Assembly: GCA_030704615.1 (NCBI GenBank)
Contig: CM060732.1
Span: 49,414,001 to 49,478,000 of the forward strand
DNA: 64,000 bases
DNA from: Takakia lepidozioides
Taxonomy: Eukaryota > Plantae > Bryophyta
Direction of reading: 5' to 3'
The stretch's first letter is position 1. Every line of letters starts with the position of its first letter. The notes below the pieces were generated by a model, which made no database searches, was not told the DNA's origin, and worked only from the letters and a program-made list of their open reading frames with translations. Below, in pieces: positions 14,161 to 25,589 of the stretch. Both the position numbers and the translations under genes were made by a program.

Positions 14161-16084
14161 TCACGACCACCACGAGACTTTTTGGAGTTTGGCGCTCGCC
14201 ATTGCTGCTCATTGATCCCGAAGCTGTGGACCTGACACTTGCCCGTCTGAGGGTGGGGGAAGTCAATGCCAATGTGGATTGGTATAATGAGCTCCATCGC
14301 ATTGTCACGGACGGCCGGTGGCCTTTTGTTCCCTTTCATTATTCCATGGAATTTACTATGGCAGAAGCGAATGAAGTCCTCGAAAGCGCACATTCTGTTG
14401 CCCTGGCAGCCACGTAGGTCCAAAATGCCCCGCCACTGCTTGTCCAATTAATCCTCATGGATGACCCACGGCCTCAGGAACTCAGACATATGCCCATGGC
14501 ACATCCTACCTTTGGGGTGCGGGGAAAGCACTTGCTTGGAATTACTGAAGAGTACTTTGATCGCATTGCTAATTCTTTCCTTCACCATCGATGGATGTAG
14601 TTCGGCAATTTCCGTTCATACAGTAAATTGGTAAAGGACCTGCAAAGTTTGAGGAAGTATTTGTTTCATTCAGATTCGGATGCGGGTAAGAAGAGTGTTG
14701 TGGATGAGGCATTGCAATGGTTTGCTGCGGTAATGGAGCGAGCAGTGTTTGATATTGTGTTGAACAGACTGGATGTGTTCAAAGTCCTTTGGCCCATTTG
14801 AAAACCGCATGCCAACGATTCGCCATCTCGATGGAGCATGCTTGGAACGCCAAATCAAAGATATTGGTCTCATTGACAACCTCCTAGAAGGTAATGCCGA
14901 CTTCTTCTGGACCGTTGTGAAGTTCATGGTCTTTTCTTCCACCATCCTATCAGACTCACTTTGTCCAACTCATCTGTTTCAGGAATGTCCGATTTAGACG
15001 AGCACGTGCAGTGTGCTTTCGATTCCCTTGCCAGAGGTGCACGAGATGTTGTGCTGGCATTACAGGGACTCCATGACACCGTTCAGCAAACTGCTGATGA
15101 TGCCATTGCTCAACAAGCTAACCCACTGCAACAAAAAGAGCATGGACAGACTGTCAACACTATCCCAGCCACTGTTCAGGAGAGTGGGCGCACTACAGGC
15201 CACACCGAGGACGAGGAGACTCATGAGCAGACCGGCAAGCAGACTAAAGGACTGCCTCTGCACCAGACCGTGCAGCATACCAATGACGTTGTTGTCAAGC
15301 AGACCGTCCAGTATACCAATGACCAGACCGTCCAGCAGACTGAAAGCAGTCACCACAGTGCCCTCCCTCTACATTCATGCAAGGCACCAGAAGAGTGACT
15401 GTTACATATGGAGGTTTTTAGGACTGCAGCATATGGAGATTTGTGTAGGATGGCACCCAGAGTGGAATTGTTGCCGGAAGCTTAGGTACACCAGTTGCAA
15501 ATCATGGAGTTGTAACTCGTAACCACTTAAAGAAGGAAATCTCATCATAGAAAAGATGGGTTACCTATTGATACTACAATATAACTGGAGAAGAGTTGGA
15601 TAAAATTCATGACCACATTGACTCGGAGGACCCAACTACACTTCCTATCCACCAGTCTGGATCCTGGCTTGTTGAGCAGAGTCGGCTGCACTGGCCTCAA
15701 CGGGACCCTGTCTCTGAATTTCTGCGGAGTTCTATCAGTGCATTGACGGAATCTACTTTTCCCGCCGGGCCATCTTCACATATTGGCGCATTGTTTGAGG
15801 ATATAAGTCGGGCACCGGTAAACCATTCTTCTCCAGTGGCCCTTGGCCTACCGTCTATTTCCATTCAGCTCAGCCCGGTTTTGGTTTGTTCACTTGCGAA
15901 TGCTCTAGATGATTCTTACGTTACCGACCGCAATATGGGAACTCAACCCCGTATCATTGACCTTACTGAAGAACTAGATGATGTAGTTGCCACGGATAAT
16001 TTAGATGTCGGCGGTAGTCAAGCTTTTTCTGCATCAGACCCTGAAGACACAGTTGACTTGCAAGTTGATAGATTGATCTCCTCC

Positions 16085-16545
16085 CTGCAAGAGCAGACCG
16101 ACCACGAGAGTGACCACCAGGCTGAACAGCAGACTGACTAGAGCAAAAAACAAACTGAGCACCAGACTGACCAGACTGAGGACAGTGAATAGCAGACTCA
16201 CGCTGAACATGGTCCTCTGAGGGAGGGCCAACATGCCGTTCCCCCCGCCCACGAGAGTGTCCACCAGACTCGACAGCAGACTGACCAGAGCGGCGAGCAG
16301 ACTCAGCACCAGACTGGCCAGACTGAGGACACTGAGTAGCAAACTGATGCCGAACATGGACAGACTAAAGGCCAACATCCCGTTCCCCCCGCACACAAGA
16401 GTGTCCACCAGACTCGACAGCAGATCGACCAGAGCGGCGAGCAGACTGAGCACCAGGCTAACCAGACTGAGGATACTGAGCAGCAAATTGACGATAACAT
16501 TGGACAGACTGAGGGCCAACATGTCGCGCACACAGAGTCTGTCAT
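16085..16545. repeat. 144-bp tandem repeat, about 3 copies
   Basis: GCCAACAT recurs at 16227, 16371 and 16515 with conserved flanks. Confidence 0.85.
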
Positions 16546-17307
16546 AATGCCCCTGGCTACAGCAGGTCCGGACTTGGGCGTTCAAGCAGGGGAGTAGTCT
16601 GCCCAGTCACTTCCTTCTAATGACACCATACAGGTTGTGCCCTGCCGTCTTCCACCTCTGTAATTTCAGATTTATGTTCAATTTCTATGTATTGACAGGA
16701 TCTGTTGTACCTACAGGACTTCAAGACACCGTTTCCCTCCCAGGCAATTCCACAACCCGCCCATGCTGCTCACGTTGGCTCCACAACCAGAAAAGGTGGC
16801 TTACTTACAACGCCAACAGATGCACGGATTAATTCAATGCATGCGACCCGTGAGGCTGCCAATATAGGTCCTACAAGTGTGAACGAGCCTGCAGACACAG
16901 TCATGTTGCGAAGCAGGACCGCATCACTTTGTTAGTCTGCTGAATCGAACCCGGCCACAGTAGTCGCCGAATCCCTAGGCACAAGTAGAGCGAAGAAGCG
17001 GACTGTCGTGGAGCAGACTCGGGAAGTTCGAGAGGGTCTTGTTGCCAAGAAACCTGCGAAGAAAGGCAAGTCCGATGTCTTCATGAACAAGGACCGCAAA
17101 ATGGCATTGGATACGGACAAGGAAGTGGTTCTTTGACAAATGCACCAGTGAGTAGTCCTCCTAGTCTGCTGAGTCTGGTCACTCCAGTCTGCTCAGAAGT
17201 GTGAGTCTACTCAGTCCGCTCGGTCTGGTGAGTCTGGCGAGTCCGCTCAGTCCGCTCGTTATGGGCAGTCTGTTCAATGGACTCAGTCCGCTCATACCGT
17301 TGCGTAC

Positions 17308-18173
17308 ATGGGTTTTCACACAAGGCTGTGGTCTGTGTGCAGGTTGGGTTCTCGTTTTGCCGCGGCCCTGCGACGGAATGTCGCGGCTGGCAATTGCATG
17401 GTTCACTTTTATGAAGGCGACCCCCGGTATGAATGCTCCATTGGGCCTCCGGACTTGAAGCCACTTGAGACGGTGGAGTCGGAGTGCACAGATAGAATGC
17501 TGGAGCTGTGGTGTCGTTTCTATGAGAAGACGGTTGAGGAGAAGTACTCAAGTACTGTTGTTCTTCTGCCAGCCTCAACGTGGTCTCGTATGATGACATA
17601 TTGGGACGGGCCACGGGAAAGGGTAGTGGAGAATCTGCATTCTTGCTTGAGCGTCCCTCGGCTCAGCAAAGACATAAAATACTGCCATCATATAATCGTT
17701 CCGATTGTGGAGGAGTAAGATCTCGCATACCCTGTCTGTTCTGTCGGGCCAGTCTTTTGAATGACGTCACTCCCGTTCACACCTGCCTCTCGCTGGTTGA
17801 GTCCGTTCAGTTTGCTCAGTCTGGCAAATCTGCCCAGTCTTTTGAATGAGGACAGTCTGCTCGGTCTGCCGAGTCTGCTGAGTGACGAGTCTGCTGAGTC
17901 GTGGCTCTACTGAGTCGGCTGAGTGTACTAGGACCAGGACCCAGCCTACTTGCGAGTCTGTAGAGTCTGCTGGAGAGGCAGTTGGAGTGGTCTGCTGAGA
18001 GGACTGCTGCCGTGAGACTCATGAGAATCGTCTTGCAGGGGGCACTGGAGTGTTGTTGTCATCAACGTGTCGAAAGGCTGCTACACTCACATGAACTCCA
18101 TCAAGTCTTTGCATGGTTGCACATATGTTTTGTCATGGATACGGAAGCTGCATGCAGAGTGTTTAGGCTACAG
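17308..18173 (+). pseudogene. Ulp1/peptidase C48-like protease, truncated by the LTR insertion
   Basis: Splicing 17714|GTAAGA..TTGCAG|18039 gives HIIVPIVEEGHWSVVVINVSKGCYTHMNS, matching the C48 pattern PI-x(2-3)-HW-x4-IN..(D/N)S. The catalytic Cys region is absent. Confidence 0.7.
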
Positions 18174-18318
18174 TGTTGATTCACCGGGTTGGGAGGAGGG
18201 GGCAGTTGCAGAATAAGGTGGATCAAAAGCGGCTGTCGTGCGCATATGTATCGCTACACAACTACATCGTTGTCCAAACCACACCACACATATATGCACA
18301 ATAAAGTAGTATGCCACA
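18174..18318 (-). repeat. LTR (145 bp, TG...CA) of the DNMT-carrying Gypsy
   Basis: Minus strand reads TGTGGCATACTAC...GAATCAACA and is homologous to the sequence that follows the PPT at 34928. Confidence 0.75.
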
Positions 18319-18319
18319 A

Positions 18320-19250
18320 TGACACTAAATCCCTTGACAAACCGTCTATAATAGTTTTCCAACCCCATGAAAGCTCGAACTCGGCTCACATCCGTGGGGC
18401 GTGGAATCTGTGCAATGGCCTCTACCTTAGTTTGCTGTACCCCCAATCCTCCAGGATATTTCATGTGACCCAGATACTCAATCTGGTTGTGGAAAAACTT
18501 GCACTTCCCCGGATGTAACTTCAATCCGTGCGCCCTCAAGCGCTCAAATACCACCTAAAGGTGTCTCTCATGCTCCTCCATTGTAGCACTAAAGATGATG
18601 ATGTCATCTATGTAGCACCGAGCAAACTCCACCCCTGCTAGAATCATGTCCATGACTCTTTGAAACTCTACAGGAGCGTTCTTAAGCCCAAATGGTAAGA
18701 ACCGCCACTGGTATAGGCAATCCTTCCCGTGCTCATTGATCCCCCAGAATGTCGTCTTCTGCTTATCCGCCTCCTTGATCGGCAACTGGTGATATCCGGA
18801 TCGTAAATCCAAAGTGCTAAAGACCTTGGCATGCCCAATGGGCATCAAAGATCTCCTCTGGTGTTGGCATGGCATACCTATCGGACGATTTACAGGCCGG
18901 TAATCACCGCACATACGTCTCTCCGTCCAATTGCCATAGACATCCTTCTTGGCTAGCATCACTGTGGCTAAAGCATACTCTCCACCAGATAGCTCCACCA
19001 AACCAGCCTCCCAGAGGTCCTGAGTCCTCATCTGAATCAAGGACCTCTCCATGTCACTGTATCTATAGGGTCTCCGAAAGATTGGCGTGTCAGTGGCCAA
19101 TTCAATGCGAATCTCTTGACCCTTCAGTGCTCCCAAGTCCTTCAAACTGAAGGCAAAGCAGTTCCTGTAAGCCCTCAAGAACTGCCGTATATGTCGTCTC
19201 TCTCCTTCGGTGACTATGGGTCCAACATCAGGCTCCCAGTTGTCCTCCAT
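18320..19250 (-). pseudogene. Gypsy reverse transcriptase (frameshifted, stop, truncated before RNase H)
   Basis: RRMCGDYRPVN, FSTLDLRSGYHQL, LPFGLKNAP, CYIDDIIIFS, LKLHPGKCKF, RAFMGL.NYYRRFV. Confidence 0.93.
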
Positions 19251-19397
19251 GACTGCAACCTTGAGTCCAGCAGGCTTAGAGGTAGAAGACGCGTCCCGTG
19301 GTTGCTATGCTGCAACCTCTTGAGTAGTGACCACTGCCTGCTCTGTCAGTGACAATGTCTCATCCTGCCCCATTATCCCATCCTTAAGGACCTCCTC

Positions 19398-20770
19398 AAC
19401 TTCACAGCTGCAGTTAGTTGGCCTGGAGAGTTGCTGGAGGGCAATGCCCATGCAGAGGATGTGCCACCTCCAGCAGAGCAGGATGACATGCATGATACGG
19501 CGGAGTTGCCTGCCATGGTTGCTCACACTCCATTGTGGGGTACGAGCAAGGATTTGAAGCAGGCTGCTGATAGACGGGTGCAACAAGCCTGGGTAGAGGC
19601 CTTTGTACCGTCAGGAGAGGAAGAGAGTGTGGTGATTGCACAAGGACCATCTCAGTTGTTGTCATTGGACACCACACCCAGGCAGGTGTACGACCTATAT
19701 GTAGAGAGGGATGAGACTGCACGACGCATCTCACTGTGCCATGTTGCTCAGTTGGTGCAGCAGTACCCTGATTTGTTGCCAGTGTCTGCAGTTCGTGGAT
19801 ACCAACAAGCCTTGCAAGCAGACATCTCCTTGTTGGGGGCGCATGATTTGGAGCGGGTTGGCCCTATTCACTTAGTAGTGGCAGGTTGGCCCTGCCAAGG
19901 GCTTTCATCAGCTGGGTATGGCAATGGGTTACAAGACTCAAGGTCACGCCTGTTTTGGGAGATATTGAGGGTCCTGCGCTATTTACAGCTTCAGCAGACA
20001 GACTCTTTGGCATATATCTTCGAGAATGTGCCATTGATGGGTGATTCTCGGGCCAAGGTGATGGCCAGTGTATATCAAGTACGGTCTTGGCTTGGGTCAG
20101 CAGTGTTGCTGGATGCAGCTGCAGTGGGGTCACGGGCTCATCGCCCACGACTATGGTGGACCAACTTGATGCCACATGCATTGCTCAAGCGTGCATTTGA
20201 TGGGGTGCAGCGGCCACCAAACCTGACGGTGGATAGCATTTTGGACATAGGGAGGCAGTCTCTGCGTGTGAGACACGATGACCGATCACCTTTGGCAGTG
20301 GTCAATAAGGTGGGTCACCCACGAGCAGCATTGCCTACACTGCTCAGCTTTCCAGGATCTCATGCTTTCTGGGATGGTGGACCTGGCCTCTTGTGGGATA
20401 GCCAGTTGCATCAGTTAGTGGAGCCCAATGCTGATGAGCGCGAGTGGGCAATGGGTTTTACCACTGGTACCACGGCGGTGCCATCTCTTTCTGAAGCATC
20501 ACGTCGTCAGGTGTTGGGGGCAAGCCATGGATCTCAATTGCTTGACCTGGATTATCAGCTTGGCTATGGCTGAGCAGCGCAAAGTATGCAGTACACTTCC
20601 CTTGATAGTCTCTCTGCCTACCGAGACGGTACAGGCAGCGAGTGGGGGCGAACAGGTGAGGACGACGAGGTGCAGGCCGCATCCATGGCACACGTGGGAG
20701 GTGCTCAAGGTTCAGAAAGAGTTGGCAGCCAAGGCGGCGGTGATGGATGAGGTTGGGGATTTTTCTCGGG
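19398..20770 (+). pseudogene. C5-cytosine DNA methyltransferase domain lying antisense between the Gypsy protease and RT
   Basis: Motif IV VVAGWPCQGLS, DSRSRLF, motif VI IFENV, motif VIII AHRPRLWWTN, and ERE.AMGF...RRQVLG/QAMD (motifs IX-X, frameshift at ~20520). No motif I (FxGxG) is visible. Confidence 0.88.
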
Positions 20771-21496
20771 TGCTAGTGTTGGCATCTTGCCCCGTTGTGC
20801 AGCAGCAACACCCCCAATGAACGTCACAGGGAGCTGTACACGATAACCATCCCCTGACTGCCATCCAGGCCTGTAGGATGCTGACTCTTCCCAAAAATCC
20901 AGGGTGAAGCCCATGGGATACAACACTGCCCCACCAACGAGGACATCGTAAGAGACCGCATCTGTCACAATGGCCTTGGCTCGCATCACTGAGCCATCTA
21001 TAGGATGATCCAGCTGTAGTCTAATGGCCAACTCACGCCGTGTCATGCCCCGAGCCTGCTCTGATCCTCCCAGAGATGTCTGTATCTGGAAAGGACAAGG
21101 CTCCATATCCGCCTCCATGAGGCCCAAACCTGCAATAACGGCTTTGCCCAACATCAGTGGCTGAGCTCCCGAGTCCATCAAGACCCGCAGTAGCCGGTAC
21201 CTCTTGCCTGCCGGTCCACTCAAAGAGAAAATGTCATCCTGGTTGTCTAACAAGACAACTCCAGGTGTCACCATGGCACGCTCAAAGGCTGGCCTAGCTG
21301 GCAGCTCCGTCAACCTGGCAGCTGCCGCTTGCCATGGCACAGCCGTGGCAGTCTTGACCCTCAAATCCGAGGATCCCTCAGCCACTACACCTTCCACTAA
21401 CTTCGCAGAAGATGAAGTGACCTCCCCACTCTCACAGAGTGTTGCTGCTAGTCTGGCGTCGCAATCATGGTTGCCGAGAACAGTGGGGCCTGACAC
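20771..21496 (-). pseudogene. Gypsy aspartic protease region
   Basis: VLMDSGAQ catalytic motif and YDVLVG downstream motif. Confidence 0.8.
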
Positions 21497-22607
21497 ACAG
21501 AGGTGGCCGCCCCCAACAACACACTGGCTGCACTAGCCTTGGCAGCAGGTGTCAGTGCTGCACGTGTAGCTCTTCCCAATGGCACAATAACCTCCGCCTC
21601 GGTATCCGTGGGGCGAGAATTAGGTGCCATGGATGTTGTCGACACTGTCTCCACCAAGATGAATGATTGAGGCAACCTAGCCTGACGGCTTGCCTCCCCA
21701 CGTTGTGAATCCAACTCCACCTCTGCACCTCGTGGCTCAGGAACTCGTGCTGCTCCTCGAGTGACGGCTGCAGCAAACTCCACCTGCACTAGTGGTAGTG
21801 CTGCCCCACACATAAATCCCATGCCTCCCATGTCTTCTCCATCAGGATGACGCTGCTGAGGAGAAACAAGAGATGGACCCTCATGTCTTGGAGCTGGTAC
21901 CACCTGAGCTGTGGCCATGGCGGCAAGCCTTTGCTCTAGCTGCTGAAGCCGGTTGGCCATACCTTGGTCAACGCCCTGACCTCCACGTCATTGGCCATAC
22001 TGTGCTTGCCCTCGTCCTGCACCTTGTGCCTGAACACCTCGTCCTCTCTGAGGTGCTCCACCTCACCCTCGGCCAATATTGTTCCCTTGGAACTGGCCTG
22101 GCCGCAACTCAGGGTGCAAGTCATAACATTGGGCATCTCCATGCCCATACTTGCCACAATGCCCACACTGCAACTGTGCAGGCTGTGCTTGTGCCGGCCC
22201 TTTGCCACTTTCTGGACAATCTTTCTTGACATGGGGTCCTCCACATGTCCAACATACCACCCCTGGTTGTTGCGCATCTGCTGCAAATCACACCAGCTGT
22301 CGAACTCCTGGATAAAGTCATCCAACTTGATTGTGCCCATAGCTCCAGAGCACCTACAAGGCCCCTTGGTAGCTCCATATATCTTCTCCATGTCATCCCA
22401 CAACAATGGCGAATGAAACTGCACACTTGTTGATGAAGCCTCCGAGTCTGTGTCTGACTCTGCACTAGTTGAGGGTGGAGGTGAAGGTGGTCTGAAATGA
22501 ACACCTCGTCTGGTGAACCCACTCTCACTACTACTGCCTGTAGCGGTACTCCCCTCAAAACCCTTGGGTAACTCCGTGATGACACTCACAACCCGCACCT
22601 CCCCCAC
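21448..22607 (-). pseudogene. Gypsy gag remnant with two zinc knuckles (frameshifted, apparently internally deleted)
   Basis: CWTCGGPHVKKDC and CGHCGKYGHGDAQC, located upstream of the protease. Confidence 0.75.
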
Positions 22608-23250
22608 GTGACACTATAAGGCTCTAGTACTAATTCTAATTGTGACACGGGTGAGCACCTGTTGCGGATTAAGGGTCATATCCCAGTGGCTAAGGGCACC
22701 TGCACCTGCATCCACCGCAAGAACTCCTATGGTTGGCTGGTCATCAACCCAGCCTCACCATAGAAGAAACACTGGTGGTCTTGCTGGTCATCACGAGGTT
22801 TGCTATTTCATGAGCATGAGCGGCATGAGCGGCATGAGCGGCATGAGCAGAGTAGTAACACAATCGGTTTTCATGAGCAGAAGTACAAATTTCGAAAATA
22901 AAAAACAATAAAAAAACAATAATTTAATGCAATGTGTCAGGAAAAACAAATATATTAATCGGCCCCTTGAAGGGAAAATTGCACTTTTGACAGTTGTGCT
23001 CATGATATTTCGTCTTCCGCTCATGCCAATTCCCAGCGACATGTGCAAATATGGCGCCGAATTTCGCGGTAATAGGGTCCGTAACCTGAAAAACGGCGAC
23101 GTATTTCGCGGTAATAGGTCTCTCTGGCGAAAAATGGGAACGAATTCCGCGGCTATAGGTCCCCTCATGACAGGTAATTCGGCGCCATTTTTCCAGTGCA
23201 TGTTCGGACTTAGCCAGTTCGGACTTAGCATGTTCAGACGTGCAACTCAC

Positions 23251-25200
23251 CTCCCGCATATAGTCGCCGAACTGGAGGAAACGATAATGCCACCATGCTA
23301 GCCAACTGACCATTGCTCCCTCGTCTGATTTCCTTACAACACCTGACGATGTCCACCAAGCCCGTATGCATGCAAACTGTGTCTCTGCATCATCCAAGGT
23401 AGGAGCGCGCTTCCACGCAAGGCACATGGAACGGTGCTCCTCTCTGAAATCTGGCGCCACGAGCCTGGTTGTGTACTGCGAAAGGCTTTGCAGAAAATGG
23501 AACCCACAAGATCTCTCCTTGCCTTCCATGGGAACATTGGGGTCTTGCCCGTACACCCTTCGGATGGCAGCCCAATTTGCTTGTGCGTTGTCTGCCATGA
23601 AACCACGGAAATTCGGAGGGGGCAATCCCGCCTTGGCCATCTGTTCGTTTATTCCCTGCCAAAGAAGCATCTCTGATTGTGTGTCCTCTCCTTTCATCTC
23701 ACAAATAGCAATTGTCATTAGCATCCTGCAGTGGGTGTCGTAGACATGTGCACCCATTGTCACCCACTGGTGATTTGTAATTCACTTGATATGGTCGAAC
23801 ATGACCAAACTGTTTGACAAGTTCATACTCGTCATCCTGTCAACCAGTTCGACGCCGCTGCCAGGTCCACACGTGGACATTTTGAATACGAAACAACGAT
23901 CTGCCTCAGTCCATTGTCCTGGAAATCTACTTCCATGAATGTAGTCATATCCACATCGTCGCTTCACCTCCAGAATGGAGTGCATATCCGAGCCACGCCC
24001 AATTTTCTGTTTGCATGAGACAATGTGGTTTCGGACATTCGGTGAACATACGTGGGACACCGACTCCAGCAATGCCTCCATTTCCTTCTCGTCGAGAGGA
24101 ACTCTATCGGAGCCGTCTTCCGACATAATTCTGGCCAATGCCATCTTATGGGCGGCTTGGAGCTGTATCTGTTTGGGTTTGGCACCCGATCTCAACTTAA
24201 CCTCCTCCTGAACGAGCTGCTCTGCTTCGTGGGCAGCCTCCCGCGAGTTCCCCCTCGCCAATTTGTGACAATGGGAACCAACGTGTATGCAAGCTGGTGT
24301 GAGGTCAGGGAAACGGTGCAACACATAGAACTGCTTGGCATTACAAACAGACATGCAGTGTGGTGGTTCTTTGCAATGCGCACACTTAAATGTGGAGTTC
24401 GGAACCTTCTCCTGAGCTCGAAATGGTTGATGAGCTGTGCCTGTCCAATCGGTCTCGTTCCTGTGACCTCTGGATTTAAAGTGGAAGCAAGTTGGGGAGA
24501 AACACCGCAACGCGCCCGCACAAACAACGTAGCGCACCCGCACACCATCGAGCATCTTCATGCTGGTGGTTTTGGTAACGCACCAAGGATGACCGTCATG
24601 TTTTCTATCCATATCTGTCAACATTCCGGACGCCCTCGAGTAGTCCGCCCGAGGAGGGAACTCAAAGAAGATATTACCGTCGACGTCGGCGGGAAGACAT
24701 GTAACCGATTTAATTGCGAACTTGCTGTAGTCCAGCCCGGCCAGCTCCGACCGGTGTCCCTCCAGGTGAAGCCCTCGCAGAATTTCAAGAATAGATCGAA
24801 CTGCGGTGCTCGTGCTGGGAATATGACTCCCTCCTCCACTGACGTCCATTGAGGACTTGCCTGATCTCCAGGACGACCTCGGAACTTCCATGACCTCGTC
24901 TGAGTCGGACAGGTTGTGAACAACCCGGTTCTGGCTCGTCTTCATGGATGGGTTCGGCTCTGGATTTACTTCGTTACGGACTTCTCTCTTTGAGGTAGCC
25001 ACTCTCTGATTCGCGGATTGTTTCGTGGAAGGCGCCAGGATAGAAGGTGCATTTGGCGGGCAAATGAAGTCCCCAACAGCCCTGTATATGACGCTGTCCA
25101 ATGGTGGAACTCGCCATTCCTTGCCATCGCCGAAATCATCGTGGAGCACAACAATACTGTCGACAACAAGGCCGTTAGAGTCCTTCCTTTCCTCCTCCAA
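23251..25200 (-). pseudogene. MULE-type transposase with GCM-like Zn domain; premature stop at 23782-23784; 3' exon missing
   Basis: KHDGHPW..CAGALRC..C..CAHC..C..HVGSHCH, MFDH, HVYD, FMADNAQAN, CGFH (CxxH). Donor GAG|GTGAGT at 23251 is at the same position as the MULE-2 intron. No downstream E or SWIM exon before the TIR. Confidence 0.82.
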
Positions 25201-25589
25201 AAAAACCGACCCCGGTTTTCAGGTGGTATCGAACGCACAGATATTTTTCCATCACCCGGCAGGTGTCCCCTCTGCACGGAAATGAAGCTCTATGCTCGTG
25301 AGGAGGGCAGTACACTGTAGCGCTCGGGTTTTTCCGCCATGGGAGATGTGCACACAAGACTCCCAGGATGGAGTGCGGGGAAGCTCCCTGGTAGAAGGGG
25401 GATGCAGCGATGGGAATGAATGCGATGCCGATTTGTCCGAGCGACGAAGCCTGATCCAAATCCAGGGAGCCAACTATCTCAAAAATCCACAGTCAGAGTG
25501 TTAATGAACCTTGTCTCCGGAATGCGGCCCCTGGTCTTTGCGCAATAACTGCCAACGGTATGCAGTCAGAAAGTGGGGGGCCGTCCGGA

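Larger units (their letters stand above)
9580..18173 (+). mobile_element. Degenerate large element, probably a DNA transposon, with Ulp1-type protease and Zn-finger ORF remnants; ends not defined
   Basis: Abrupt AT-to-GC switch near 9580. Pervasive CAGTC/CAGAC motif repeats. Broken ORFs, including 12171-12932 with CPFC-x12-H-x5-C. Ulp1-like exons at the right end are cut by an LTR. No transposase or termini found. Confidence 0.45.

Noticed and set aside
19431-20573. Host DNMT gene (MET1/CMT/DRM) or bacterial contamination
   Set aside because: It is intronless, lacks BAH/chromo/UBA domains and is embedded between the Gypsy protease and RT with linker-like joins.
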